From Cyanophora paradoxa CCMP329 (Eukaryota > Plantae > Glaucophyta), in assembly GCA_004431415.1 (NCBI GenBank), contig QPMI01000088.1, positions 1 to 64,000 on the forward strand: a stretch of DNA of 64,000 bases, read 5' to 3'. The first letter of the stretch is position 1. The number at the start of each line of letters is the position of its first letter. The notes below the pieces were generated by a model. The model saw nothing but the letters and a program-made list of their open reading frames with translations. It searched no databases and had not been told where the DNA came from. The translations under genes were made by a program, and so were the position numbers. Positions 1 through 13,180 of this stretch are shown in pieces.

Positions 1-3000
1 AAAAACGGGTGTCCGAGGGGGCGCTCAGTCGGCAAGGGGATCTGCGCTTGAGGCCACCCTGTGCATGTCAGATTTCGTACAGAGCTGCTTGCACTCTCTC
101 AAGGTGCAGGGAGGGGGTCGGCAGCCAAGGCGGCGACGGCCGGGGTACAGGAACATCTGGAACGGGATGCACACCTTGGGAAGCTTGCTTCGGGCAGCTG
201 GCAGTGAGGGCAAAAAAGGATCACTGCTGCTTTTTAAGGTCGGATTCAGTCTTGGATAGTGTAGGGCTGCTGCGCAAAAAATCCACGCTCCCCGCCGCCA
301 GGGTACAGGGTGGCGGGCCCTCTGCGAGAACGGGTGTCCGAGGGGGACGCTCAGTCGGCAAGGGGATCTGCGCTTGAGGCCACCCTGTGCATGTCAGATT
401 TCGTACAGAGCTGCCTGCACTCTCTCAAGGTGCAGGGAGGGGGTCGGCAGCCAAGGCGGCGACGGCCGGGGTACAGGAACATCTGGAACGGGATGCGCAC
501 CTTGGGACGGGAACTTTCGGAAGCTTGCTTCGGGCAGCTGGCAGTGAGTGCAAAAAAGATCACTGCTGCTGTTTAAGGTCGGATTCGGTCTTGGCTAGTG
601 TAGGGCTGCTGCGCAAAAAATCCACGCTCCCCGCCGCCAGGGTACAGGGTGGTGGGCCCTCTGCAAAAACGGGTGTCCGAGGGGGGCGCTCAGTCGGCAA
701 GGGGATCTGCGCTTGAGGCCACCCTGTGCATGTCAGATTTCGTGCAGAGCTGCCTGCACTCTCTCAAGGTGCATGCAGGGGGTCGGCAGCCAAGGCGGCG
801 ACGGCCGGGGTACAGGAACATCTGGAACGGGATGCGCACCTTGGGACGGGAACTTTCGGAAGCTTGCTTCGGGCAGCTGGCAGTGAGGGCAAAAAAGGAT
901 CACTGCTGCTGTTTAAGGTCGGATTCAGTCTTGGATAGGTTCGGGCTGCTGCGCAAAAAATCCACGCTCCCCGCCGCCAGGGTACAGGGTGGGACCCTCT
1001 GCAAAAACGGGTGTCCGAGGGGGCGCTCAGTGGCAAGGGATCTGCGCTTGAGGCCACCCTGTGCATGTCAGATTTCGTCAGAGCTGCCTGCACTCTCTCA
1101 GGTGCATGCAGGGGTCGGCAGCCAAGCGGCGACGGCCGGGGTACAGGAACATCTGGAACGGGATGCGCACCTTGGACGGGAACTTTTGGAAGCTTGCTTC
1201 GGGCAGCTGGCAGTGAGTGCAAAAAAGATCACTGCTGCTGTTTAAGGTCGGATTCGGTCTTGGCTAATGTAGGGCTGCTGCGCAAAAAATCCACGCTCCC
1301 CGCCGCCAGGGTACAGGGTGGTGGGCCCTCTGCAAAAACGGGTGTCCGAGGGGGGCGCTCAGTCGGCAAGGGGATCTGCGCTTGAGGCCACCCTGTGCAT
1401 GTCAGATTTCGTACAGAGCTGCTTGCACTCTCTCAAGGTGCAGGGAGGGGGTCGCAGCCAAGCGGCGACGGCCGGGGTACAGGAACATCTGGAACGGGAT
1501 GCGCACCTTGGGACGGAACTTCGAAGCTTGCTTCGGGCAGCTGCAGTGAGGGCAAAAAAGGATCACTGGAGCTGTTTAAGGTCGGATTCAGTCTTGGATA
1601 GGTTCGGGCTGCTGCGCAAAAAATCCACGCTCCCCGCCGCCAGGGTACAGGGTGGCGGACCCTCTGCAAAAACAGGTGTCCGAGGGGGGCGCTCAGTTGG
1701 CAAGGGGATCTGCGCTTGAGGCCACCCTGTGCATGTCAGATTTCGTGCAGAGCTGCCTGCACTCTCTCAAGGTGCATGCAGGGGGTCGGCAGCCAAGGCG
1801 GCGACGGCCGGGGTACAGGAACATCTGGAACGGGATGCGCACCTTGGGACGGGAACTTTTGGAAGCTTGCTTCGGGCAGCTGGCAGTGAGTGCAAAAAAG
1901 ATCACTGGAGCTGTTTAAGGTCGGATTCGGTCTTGGCTAGTGTAGGGCTGCTGCGCAAAAAATCCACGCTCCCCGCCGCCAGGGTACAGGGTGGTGGGCC
2001 CTCTGCAAAAACGGGTGTCCGAGGGGGACGCTCAGTCGGCAAGGGGATCTGCGCTTGAGGCCACCCTGTGCATGTCAGATTTCGTACAGAGCTGCCTGCA
2101 CTCTCTCAAGGTGCAGGGAGGGGGTCGGCAGCCAAGGCGGCGACGGCCGGGGTACAGGAACATCTGGAACGGGATGCGCACCTTGGGACGGGAACTTTCG
2201 AAGCTTGCTTCGGGCAGCTGGCAGTGAGGCAAAAAAGATCGCTGCTGCTGTTTAAGGTCGGACTCAGTCTTGGATAGGTTCGGGCTGCTGCGCAAAAAAT
2301 CCACGCTCCCGCCGCCAGGTACAGGGTGGTGGGCCTCTGTAAAAACGGGTGTCGGAGGGGGATGCTCAGTCGGCAAGGGGATCTGCGCTTGAGGCCACCC
2401 TGTGCATGTCAGATTTCGTCAGAGCTGCTTGCACTCTCTCAAGGTGCAGGAGGGGTCGGCAGCCAAGGTGGCGACGGCCGGGTACAGGAACTCTGGAACG
2501 GGATGCGCACCTTGGACGGAAGCTTGCTTCGGGCAGCTGGCAGTGAGGGCAAAAAAGGATCGCTGCTGCTGTTTAAGGTCGGATTCAGTCTTGGATAGTG
2601 TAGGCTGCTGCGCAAAAAATCCACGATACCCGCCGCCAGGGTACAGGGTGGGGCCCTCTGCAAAAATGGGTGTCCGAGGGGACGCTCAGTCGGCAAGGGG
2701 ATCTGCGCTTGAGGCCACCCTGTGCATGTCAGATTTCGTACAGAGCTGCCTGCACTCTCTCAAGGTGCAGGGAGGGGGTCGGCAGCCAAGGCGGCGACGG
2801 CCGGGGAACAGGAACATCTGGAACGGGATGCGCACCTTGGGACGGGAAGCTTGCTTCGGGCAGCTGGCAGTGAGGGCGAAAAAGGATCACTGCGCTGTTT
2901 AAGGTCGGATTCAGTCTTGGATAGGTTTGGGCTGCTGCGCAAAAAATCCACGCTCCCGCCGCCAGGTACAGGGTGGCGGACCCTCTGCAAAAACGGTGTC

Positions 3001-6000
3001 CGAGGGGGGCGCTCAGTCGGCAAGGGATCTGCGCTTGAGGCCACCTGTGCATGTCAGATTTCGTACAGAGCTGCCTGCACTCTCTCAAGGTGCATGCAGG
3101 GGGTCGGCAGCCAAGCGGCGACGGCCGGGGTACAGGAACATCTGGAACGGGATGCGCACCTTGGGACGGGAACTTTCGGAAGCTTGCTTCGGGCAGCTGG
3201 CAGTGAGGGCAAAAAAGATCACTGCTGCTGTTTAAGGTCGGATTCGGTCTTGGCTAGGTCGGGCTGCTGCGCAAAAAATCCACGCTCCCCGCCGCCAGGG
3301 TACAGGGTGGCGGACCCTCTGCAAAAACAGGTGTCCGAGGGGGGCGCTCAGTCGGCAAGGGGATCTGCGCTTGAGGCCACCCTGTGCATGTCAGATTTCG
3401 TGCAGGAGCTGCCTGCAATCTCTTAAGGTGCATGCAGGGGGTCGGCAGCCAGGCGGCGACGGCCGGGGTACAGAACATCTGGAACGGATGCGCACCTTGG
3501 GACGGAACTTCGGAAGCTTGCTTCGGGCAGCTGCAGTGAGGGCGAAAAGGATCACTGCTGCTGTTTAAGGTCGGATTCAGTCTTGGATAGGTTGGGCTGC
3601 TGCGCAAAAAGTCCACGCTCCCGCCGCCAGGGTACAGGGTGGTGGGCCCTCTGCAAAAACAGGTGTCCGAGGGGGGCGCTCAGTCGACAAGGGGATCTGC
3701 GCTTGAGGCCACCCTGTGCATGTCAGATTTCGTACAGAGCTGCCTGCACTCTCTCAAGGTGCATGCAGGGGGTCGGCAGCCAAGGCGGCGACGGCCGGGG
3801 TACAGGAACATCTGGAACGGGATGCGCACCTTGGGACGGGAACTTTCGGAAGCTTGCTTCGGGCAGCTGGCAGTGAGGGCAAAAAAGATCACTGCTGCTG
3901 TTTAAGGTCGGACTCAGTCTTGGATAGGTTTGGGCTGCTGCGCAAAAAATCCACGCTCCCCGCCGCCAGGGTACAGGGTGGCGGACCCTCTGCAAAAACG
4001 GGTGTCCGAGGGGGGCGCTCAGTCGGCAAGGGGATCTGCGCTTGAGGCCACCCTTTGCATGTCAGATTTCGTGCAGAGCTGCCTGCACTCTCTCAAGGTG
4101 CAGGGAGGGGGTCGGCAGCCAAGGCGGCGACGGCCGGGGTACAGGAACATCTGGAACGGGATGCGCACCTTGGGACAGGAAGCTTGCTTCGGGCAGCTGG
4201 CAGTGAGGGCAAAAAAGGATCACTGGAGCTGTTTAAGGTCGGATTCAGTTTTGGCTAATGTAGGGCTGCTGCGCAAAAAAACCACGCTCCCCGCCGCCAT
4301 GGTACAGGGTGGCGGACCCTCTGCAAAAACAGGTGTCCGAGGGGGACGCTCAGTCGGCAAGGGGATCTGCGCTTGAGGCCACCCTGTGCATGTCAGATTT
4401 CGTACAGAGCTGCCTGCACTCTCTCAAGGTGCAGGGAGGGGGTCGGCAGCCAAGGCGGCGACGGCCGGGGTACAGGAACATCTGGAACAGGATGCGCACC
4501 TTGGGACGGGAACTTTCGGAAGCTTGCTTCGGGCAGCTGGCAGTGAGGGCAAAAAAGATCACTGCTGCTGTTTAAGGTCGGATTCAGTCTTGGATAGGTT
4601 CGGGCTGCTGCGCAAAAAATCCACGCTCCCCGCCGCCAGGGTACAGGGTGGTGGGCCCTCTGCAAAAACGGGTGTCCAAGGGGGACGCTCAGTCGGCAAG
4701 GGGATCTGCGCTTGAGGCCACCCTGTGCATGTCAGATTTCGTACAGAGCTGCCTGCACTCTCTCAAGGTGCAGGGAGGGGGTCGGCAGCCAAGGCGGCGA
4801 CGGCTGGGGTACAGGAACATCTGGAACGGGATGCGCACCTTGGGACGGGAAGCTTGCTTCGGGCAGCTGGCAGTGAGGGCAAAAAAGGATCACTGCTCTG
4901 TTCAAGGTCGGATTCAGTCTTGGCTAGGGTCGGGCTGCTGCGCAAAAAATCCACGCTCCCCGCCGCCAGGGTACAGGGTGGCGGGCCCTCTGCGAGAACG
5001 GGTGTCCGAGGGGGACGCTCAGTCGGCAAGGGGATCTGCGCTTGAGGCCACCCTGTGCATGTCAGATTTCGTACAGAGCTGCCTGCACTCTCTCAAGGTG
5101 CATGCAGGGGGTCGGCAGCCAAGGCGGCGACGGCCGGGGTACAGGAACATCTGGAACGGGATGCGCACCTTGGGACGGGAACTTTTGGAAGCTTGCTTCG
5201 GGCAGCTGGCAGTGAGTGCAAAAAAGATCACTGCTGCTGTTTAAGGTCGGACTCAGTCTTGGATAGGTTTGGGCTGCTGCGCAAAAAATCCACGCTCCCC
5301 GCCGCCAGGGTACAGGGTGGTGGGCCCTCTGCAAAAACGGGTGTCCGAGGGGGACGCTCAGTCGGCAAGGGGATCTGCGCTTGAGGCCACCCTGTGCATG
5401 TCAGATTTCGTACAGAGCTGCCTGCACTCTCTCAAGGTGCAGGGAGGGGGTCGGCAGCCAAGGCGGCGACGGCCGGGGTACAGGAACATCTGGAACGGGA
5501 TGCGCACCTTGGGACGGGAACTTTCGGAAGCTTGCTTCGGGCAGCTGGCAGTGAGGGCAAAAAAGATCACTGCTGCTGTTTAAGGTCGGACTCAGTCTTG
5601 GATAGGTTCGGGCTGCTGCGCAAAAAATCCACGCTCCCCGCCGCCAGGGTACAGGGTGGTGGCCCTCTGTAAAAACGGGTGTCGGAGGGGGATGCTCAGT
5701 CGGCAAGGGGATCTGCGCTTGAGGCCACCCTGTGCATGTCAGATTTCGTACAGAGCTGCCTGCACGTGCACTCTCTCAAGGTGCAGGGAGGGGGTCGGCA
5801 GCCAAGGTGGCGACGGCCGGGGTACAGGAACATCTGGAACGGGATGCGCACCTTGGGACGGGAAGCTTGCTTCGGGCAGCTGGCAGTGAGGGCAAAAAGG
5901 ATCACTGCTGCTATTTAAGGTCGGATTCAGTCTTGGATAGTGTAGGGCTGCTGCGCAAAAAATCCACGATACCCGCCGCCAGGGTACAGGGTGGCGGGCC

Positions 6001-9000
6001 CTCTGCAAAAACGGGTGTCCGAGGGGGGCGCTCAGTCGGCAAGGGGATCTGCGCTTGAGGCCACCCTGTGCATGTCAGATTTCGTACAGAGCTGCTTGCA
6101 CTCTCTCAAGGTGCAGGGAGGGGGTCGGCAGCCAAGGCGGCGACGGCCGGGGTACAGGAACATCTGGAACGGGATGCGCACCTTGGGACGGGAACTTTCG
6201 GAAGCTTGCTTCGGGCAGCTGGCAGTGAGGGCAAAAAAGGATCACTGGAGCTGTTTAAGGTCCGATTCGGTCTTGGATAGGTTCGGGCTGCTGCGCAAAA
6301 AATCCACGCTCCCCGCCGCCAGGGTACAGGGTGGCGGACCCTCTGCAAAAACAGGTGTCCGAGGGGGGCGCTCAGTTGGCAAGGGGATCTGCGCTTGAGG
6401 CCACCCTGTGCATGTCAGATTTCGTGCAGAGCTGCCTGCACTCTCTCAAGGTGCATGCAGGGGGTCGGCAGCCAAGGCGGCGACGGCCGGGGTACAGGAA
6501 CATCTGGAACGGGATGCGCACCTTGGGACGGGAACTTTTGGAAGCTTGCTTCGGGCAGCTGGCAGTGAGTGCAAAAAAGATCACTGCTGCTGTTTAAGGT
6601 CGGACTCAGTCTTGGATAGGTTTGGGCTGCTGCGCAAAAAATCCACGCTCCCCGCCGCCAGGGTACAGGGTGGTGGGCCCTCTGCAAAAACGGGTGTCCG
6701 AGGGGGACGCTCAGTCGGCAAGGGGATCTGCGCTTGAGGCCACCCTGTGCATGTCAGATTTCGTACAGAGCTGCCTGCACTCTCTCAAGGTGCATGCAGG
6801 GGGTCGGCAGCCAAGGCGGCGACGGCCGGGGTACAGGAACATCTGGAACGGGATGCGCACCTTGGGACGGGAACTTTTGGAAGCTTGCTTCGGGCAGCTG
6901 GCAGTGAGTGCAAAAAAGATCACTGCTGCTGTTTAAGGTCGGACTCAGTCTTGGATAGGTTTGGGCTGCTGCGCAAAAAATCCACGCTCCCCGCCGCCAG
7001 GGTACAGGGTGGTGGGCCCTCTGCAAAAACGGGTGTCCGAGGGGGACGCTCAGTCGGCAAGGGGATCTGCGCTTGAGGCCACCCTGTGCATGTCAGATTT
7101 CGTACAGAGCTGCCTGCACTCTCTCAAGGTGCAGGGAGGGGGTCGGCAGCCAAGGCGGCGACGGCCGGGGTACAGGAACATCTGGAACGGGATGCGCACC
7201 TTGGGACGGGAACTTTCGGAAGCTTGCTTCGGGCAGCTGGCAGTGAGGGCAAAAAAGATCACTGCTGCTGTTTAAGGTCGGACTCAGTCTTGGATAGGTT
7301 CGGGCTGCTGCGCAAAAAATCCACGCTCCCCGCCGCCAGGGTACAGGGTGGTGGGCCCTCTGTAAAAACGGGTGTCGGAGGGGGATGCTCAGTCGGCAAG
7401 GGGATCTGCGCTTGAGGCCACCCTGTGCATGTCAGATTTCGTACAGAGCTGCCTGCACGTGCACTCTCTCAAGGTGCAGGGAGGGGGTCGGCAGCCAAGG
7501 TGGCGACGGCCGGGGTACAGGAACATCTGGAACGGGATGCGCACCTTGGGACGGGAAGCTTGCTTCGGGCAGCTGGCAGTGAGGGCAAAAAAGGATCACT
7601 GCTGCTATTTAAGGTCGGATTCAGTCTTGGATAGTGTAGGGCTGCTGCGCAAAAAATCCACGATACCCGCCGCCAGGGTACAGGGTGGCGGGCCCTCTGC
7701 AAAAACGGGTGTCCGAGGGGGGCGCTCAGTCGGCAAGGGGATCTGCGCTTGAGGCCACCCTGTGCATGTCAGATTTCGTACAGAGCTGCTTGCACTCTCT
7801 CAAGGTGCAGGGAGGGGGTCGGCAGCCAAGGCGGCGACGGCCGGGGTACAGGAACATCTGGAACGGGATGCGCACCTTGGGACGGGAACTTTCGGAAGCT
7901 TGCTTCGGGCAGCTGGCAGTGAGGGCAAAAAAGGATCACTGGAGCTGTTTAAGGTCCGATTCGGTCTTGGATAGGTTCGGGCTGCTGCGCAAAAAATCCA
8001 CGCTCCCCGCCGCCAGGGTACAGGGTGGCGGACCCTCTGCAAAAACAGGTGTCCGAGGGGGGCGCTCAGTTGGCAAGGGGATCTGCGCTTGAGGCCACCC
8101 TGTGCATGTCAGATTTCGTGCAGAGCTGCCTGCACTCTCTCAAGGTGCATGCAGGGGGTCGGCAGCCAAGGCGGCGACGGCCGGGGTACAGGAACATCTG
8201 GAACGGGATGCGCACCTTGGGACGGGAACTTTTGGAAGCTTGCTTCGGGCAGCTGGCAGTGAGTGCAAAAAAGATCACTGCTGCTGTTTAAGGTCGGACT
8301 CAGTCTTGGATAGGTTTGGGCTGCTGCGCAAAAAATCCACGCTCCCCGCCGCCAGGGTACAGGGTGGTGGGCCCTCTGCAAAAACGGGTGTCCGAGGGGG
8401 ACGCTCAGTCGGCAAGGGGATCTGCGCTTGAGGCCACCCTGTGCATGTCAGATTTCGTACAGAGCTGCCTGCACTCTCTCAAGGTGCAGGGAGGGGGTCG
8501 GCAGCCAAGGCGGCGACGGCCGGGGTACAGGAACATCTGGAACGGGATGCGCACCTTGGGACGGGAACTTTCGGAAGCTTGCTTCGGGCAGCTGGCAGTG
8601 AGGGCAAAAAAGATCACTGCTGCTGTTTAAGGTCGGACTCAGTCTTGGATAGGTTCGGGCTGCTGCGCAAAAAATCCACGCTCCCCGCCGCCAGGGTACA
8701 GGGTGGTGGGCCCTCTGTAAAAACGGGTGTCGGAGGGGGATGCTCAGTCGGCAAGGGGATCTGCGCTTGAGGCCACCCTGTGCATGTCAGATTTCGTACA
8801 GAGCTGCCTGCACGTGCACTCTCTCAAGGTGCAGGGAGGGGGTCGGCAGCCAAGGTGGCGACGGCCGGGGTACAGGAACATCTGGAACGGGATGCGCACC
8901 TTGGGACGGGAAGCTTGCTTCGGGCAGCTGGCAGTGAGGGCAAAAAAGGATCACTGCTGCTATTTAAGGTCGGATTCAGTCTTGGATAGTGTAGGGCTGC

Positions 9001-12000
9001 TGCGCAAAAAATCCACGATACCCGCCGCCAGGGTACAGGGTGGCGGGCCCTCTGCAAGAATGGGTGTCCGAGGGGGACGCTCAGTCGGCAAGGGGATCTG
9101 CGCTTGAGGCCACCCTGTGCATGTCAGATTTCGTACAGAGCTGCCTGCACTCTCTCAAGGTGCAGGGAGGGGGTCGGCAGCCAAGGCGGCGACGGCCGGG
9201 GAACAGGAACATCTGGAACGGGATGCGCACCTTGGGACGGGAAGCTTGCTTCGGGCAGCTGGCAGTGAGGGCGAAAAAGGATCACTGCTGCTGTTTAAGG
9301 TCGGATTCAGTCTTGGATAGGTTTGGGCTGCTGCGCAAAAAATCCACGCTCCCCGCCGCCAGGGTACAGGGTGGCGGACCCTCTGCAAAAACGGGTGTCC
9401 GAGGGGGGCGCTCAGTCGGCAAGGGGATCTGCGCTTGAGGCCACCCTGTGCATGTCAGATTTCGTACAGAGCTGCCTGCACTCTCTCAAGGTGCATGCAG
9501 GGGGTCGGCAGCCAAGGCGGCGACGGCCGGGGTACAGGAACATCTGGAACGGGATGCGCACCTTGGGACGGGAACTTTCGGAAGCTTGCTTCGGGCAGCT
9601 GGCAGTGAGGGCCAAAAAAGATCACTGCTGCTGTTTAAGGTCGGATTCAGTCTTGGATAGGTTCGGGCTGCTGCGCAAAAAATCCACGCTCCCCGCCGCC
9701 AGGGTACAGGGTGGCGGACCCTCTGCAAAAACAGGTGTCCGAGGGGGGCGCTCAGTCGGCAAGGGGATCTGCGCTTGAGGCCACCCTGTGCATGTCAGAT
9801 TTCGTGCGGAGCTGCCTGCAATCTCTTAAGGTGCATGCAGGGGGTCGGCAGCCAAGGCGGCGACGGCCGGGGTACAGGAACATCTGGAACGGGATGCGCA
9901 CCTTGGGACGGGAACTTTCGGAAGCTTGCTTCGGGCAGCTGGCAGTGAGGGCGAAAAAGGATCACTGCTGCTGTTTAAGGTCGGATTCAGTCTTGGATAG
10001 GTTTGGGCTGCTGCGCAAAAAGTCCACGCTCCCCGCCGCCAGGGTACAGGGTGGTGGGCCCTCTGCAAAAACAGGTGTCCGAGGGGGGCGCTCAGTCGAC
10101 AAGGGGATCTGCGCTTGAGGCCACCCTGTGCATGTCAGATTTCGTACAGAGCTGCCTGCACTCTCTCAAGGTGCATGCAGGGGGTCGGCAGCCAAGGCGG
10201 CGACGGCCGGGGTACAGGAACATCTGGAACGGGATGCGCACCTTGGGACGGGAACTTTCGGAAGCTTGCTTCGGGCAGCTGGCAGTGAGGGCAAAAAAGA
10301 TCACTGCTGCTGTTTAAGGTCGGACTCAGTCTTGGATAGGTTTGGGCTGCTGCGCAAAAAATCCACGCTCCCCGCCGCCAGGGTACAGGGTGGCGGACCC
10401 TCTGCAAAAACGGGTGTCCGAGGGGGGCGCTCAGTCGGCAAGGGGATCTGCGCTTGAGGCCACCCTTTGCATGTCAGATTTCGTGCAGAGCTGCCTGCAC
10501 TCTCTCAAGGTGCAGGGAGGGGGTCGGCAGCCAAGGCGGCGACGGCCGGGGTACAGGAACATCTGGAACGGGATGCGCACCTTGGGACAGGAAGCTTGCT
10601 TCGGGCAGCTGGCAGTGAGGGCAAAAAAGGATCACTGGAGCTGTTTAAGGTCGGATTCAGTTTTGGCTAATGTAGGGCTGCTGCGCAAAAAAACCACGCT
10701 CCCCGCCGCCATGGTACAGGGTGGCGGACCCTCTGCAAAAACAGGTGTCCGAGGGGGACGCTCAGTCGGCAAGGGGATCTGCGCTTGAGGCCACCCTGTG
10801 CATGTCAGATTTCGTACAGAGCTGCCTGCACTCTCTCAAGGTGCAGGGAGGGGGTTGGCAGCCAAGGCGGCGACGGCCGGGGTACAGGAACATCTGGAAC
10901 GGGATGCGCACCTTGGGACGGGAACTTTCGGAAGCTTGCTTCGGGCAGCTGGCGGTGAGGGCAAAAAAGGATCGCTGGAGCTGTTTAAGGTCGGATTCAG
11001 TCTTGGCTAATGTAGGGCTGCTGCGCAAAAAATCCACGCTCCCCGCCGCCAGGGTACAGGGTGGCGGACCCTCTGCAAAAACAGGTGTCCGAGGGGGGCG
11101 CTCAGTCGGCAAGGGGATCTGCGCTTGAGGCCACCCTGTGCATGTCAGATTTCGTGCGGAGCTGCCTGCACTCTCTCAAGGTGCATGCAGGGGGTCGGCA
11201 GCCAAGGCGGCGACGGCCGGGGTACAGGAACATCTGGAACGGGATGCGCACCTTGGGACGGGAACTTTTGGAAGCTTGCTTCGGGCAGCTGACAGTGAGT
11301 GCAAAAAAGATCACTGGAGCTGTTTAAGGTCGGATTCGGTCTTGGCTAATGTAGGGCTGCTGCGCAAAAAATCCACGCTCCCCGCCGCCAGGGTACAGGG
11401 TGGTGGGCCCTCTGCAAAAACGGGTGTCCGAGGGGGACGCTCAGTCGGCAAGGGGATCTGCGCTTGAGGCCACCCTGTGCATGTCAGATTTCGTACAGAG
11501 CTGCCTGCACTCTCTCAAGGTGCAGGGAGGGGGTCGGCAGCCAAGGCGGCGACGGCTGGGGTACAGGAACATCTGGAACGGGATGCGCACCTTGGGACAG
11601 GAAGCTTGCTTCGGGCAGCTGGCGGTGAGGGCAAAAAAGGATCACTGCTCTGTTTAAGGTCGGATTCAGTCTTGGCTAGGGTCGGGCTGCTGCGCAAAAA
11701 ATCCACGCTCCCCGCCGCCAGGGTACAGGGTGGCGGACCCTCTGCAAAAACGGGTGTCCGAGGGGGGCGCTCAGTCGGCAAGGGGATCTGCGCTTGAGGC
11801 CACCCTGTGCATGTCAGATTTCGTGCGGAGCTGCCTGCACTCTCTTAAGGTGCATGCAGGGGGTCGGCAGCCAAGCCGGCAACGGCCGGGGTACAGGAAC
11901 ATCTGGAACGGGATGCTCACCTTGGGACGGGAAGCTTGCTTTGGGCGCAGCTGGCAGTGAGTGCAAAAAGGATCAATGCTGCTGTTTAAGGTCGGATTCG

Positions 12001-12001
12001 G
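1..12001 (+). repeat. Tandem satellite array, ~339-340 bp monomer (330-337 bp variants), ~35 copies, continuing off the left edge
   Basis: The same monomer (AAAAACGGGTGTCCGAGGGGG...GGGTACAGGGTGGYGGRCCCTCTGC) recurs every 330-340 bp. Variants include a 9-bp deletion (GGAACTTTC absent) and a 6-bp insertion (GTGCAC). The ORF track shows the same short peptides repeating. Confidence 0.98.
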
Positions 12002-12057
12002 TTTTTGCCCTCACTGCCCTCACTTGCCCTCACTTTTTTGCCCTCACTTGCCCAATG
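12002..12057. other. Satellite inversion junction containing ~4.5 templated copies of (TTTT)TGCCCTCACT
   Basis: Reads TTTTTGCCCTCAC TGCCCTCACT TGCCCTCACT TTTTTGCCCTCACT TGCCC AAT. The motif is the reverse complement of the monomer's AGTGAGGGCAAAAA. Confidence 0.9.
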
Positions 12058-13180
12058 CAGCAGTGATCTTTTTTGCCCTCACTGCCAGCTGCCCGAAGCA
12101 AGCTTCCTGTCCCAAGGTGCGCATCCCGTTCCAGATGTTCCTGTACCCCGGCCGTCGCCGCCTTGGCTGCCGACCCCCTGCATGCACCTGGAGAGAGTGC
12201 AGGCAGCTCTGTACGAAATCTGACATGCACAGGGTGGCCTCAAGCGCAGATCCCCTTGCCGACTGAGCGTCCACCTCGGACACCCGTTTTTGCAGAGGGC
12301 CCGCCACCCTGTACCCTGGCGGCGGGGAGCGTGGATTTTTTGCGCAGCATTCCGAACCTATCCAAGACCGAATCAGACCTTACATAGCTCCAGTGGTCCT
12401 TTTTGCCCTCACTGCCAGCTGTCCGAACCAACCTTCCCGTCTCATGGTGTGCATCCCGTTCCAGATGTTCCTGTACCCCGGCCGTCGCCGCCTTGGCTGC
12501 CAACCCCCTCCCTGCACCTTGAGAGAGTGCAGGCAGCTCTGTACGAAATCTGACATGCAAAGGGTGGCCTCAAGCGCAGATCCCCTTGCCGACTGAGCGT
12601 CCACCTCGGACACCCGTTTTTGCAGAGGGCCCGCCACCCTGTACCCTGGCGGCGGGGAGCGTGGATTTTTTGCGCAGCAGCCCGACCCTAGCCAAGACCG
12701 AATCGGACCTTACATAGCAGCAGTGATCCTTTTTTGCCCTCACTGCCAGCTGCCCGAAGCAAGCTTCCCGTCCCAAGGTGCGCATCCCGTTCCAGATGTT
12801 CCTGTACCCCGGCCGTCGCCGCCTTGGCTGCCGACCCCCTCCCTGCACCTTGAGAGAGTGCACGTGCAGGCAGCTCTGTACGAAATCTGACATGCACAGG
12901 GTGGCCTCAAGCGCAGATCCCCTTGCCGACTGAGCGTCCCCCTCGGACACCCGTTTTTGCAGAGGGCCCGCCACCCGGTACCCTGGCGGCGGGGAGCGTG
13001 GATTTTTTGCGCAGCAGCCCTACACTATCCAAGACCGAATCGGACCTTAAATAGCTCCAGTGATCCTTTTTACACTCACTGCCAGCTGCCCGAAGCAAGC
13101 TTCCCGTCCCAAGGTGCGCATCCCGTTCCAGATGTTTCTGTACCCCGGCCGTCGCCGCCTTGGCTGCCGACCCCCTCCCT
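12058..13180 (-). repeat. Inverted arm of the same 339-bp satellite (~3.3 monomers, somewhat more diverged)
   Basis: Reverse-complement monomers; the ORF track switches the same peptides to the minus strand (12044-13098). Confidence 0.97.

Noticed and set aside
365-430. Functional canonical hammerhead ribozyme
   Set aside because: CUGANGA is not matched, stem I is absent and some copies mutate the core; kept only as a low-interest finding.
520-540. GCTTGCTTCGGGCAGC resembling the U6 snRNA 5' stem, and GCTCAGTCGG (~349) resembling a tRNA A-box
   Set aside because: No downstream U6 ACAGAGA core, and no correctly spaced B-box or cloverleaf.
990-3640. Apparently more diverged satellite monomers
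   Set aside because: Differences are almost all 1-bp deletions relative to cleaner sister blocks, which is typical of long-read consensus error.
1-13180. CRISPR array, 5S rDNA or spliced-leader array
   Set aside because: No unique spacers and no cas genes in this eukaryotic context; no 5S or SL/Sm motifs recognised.
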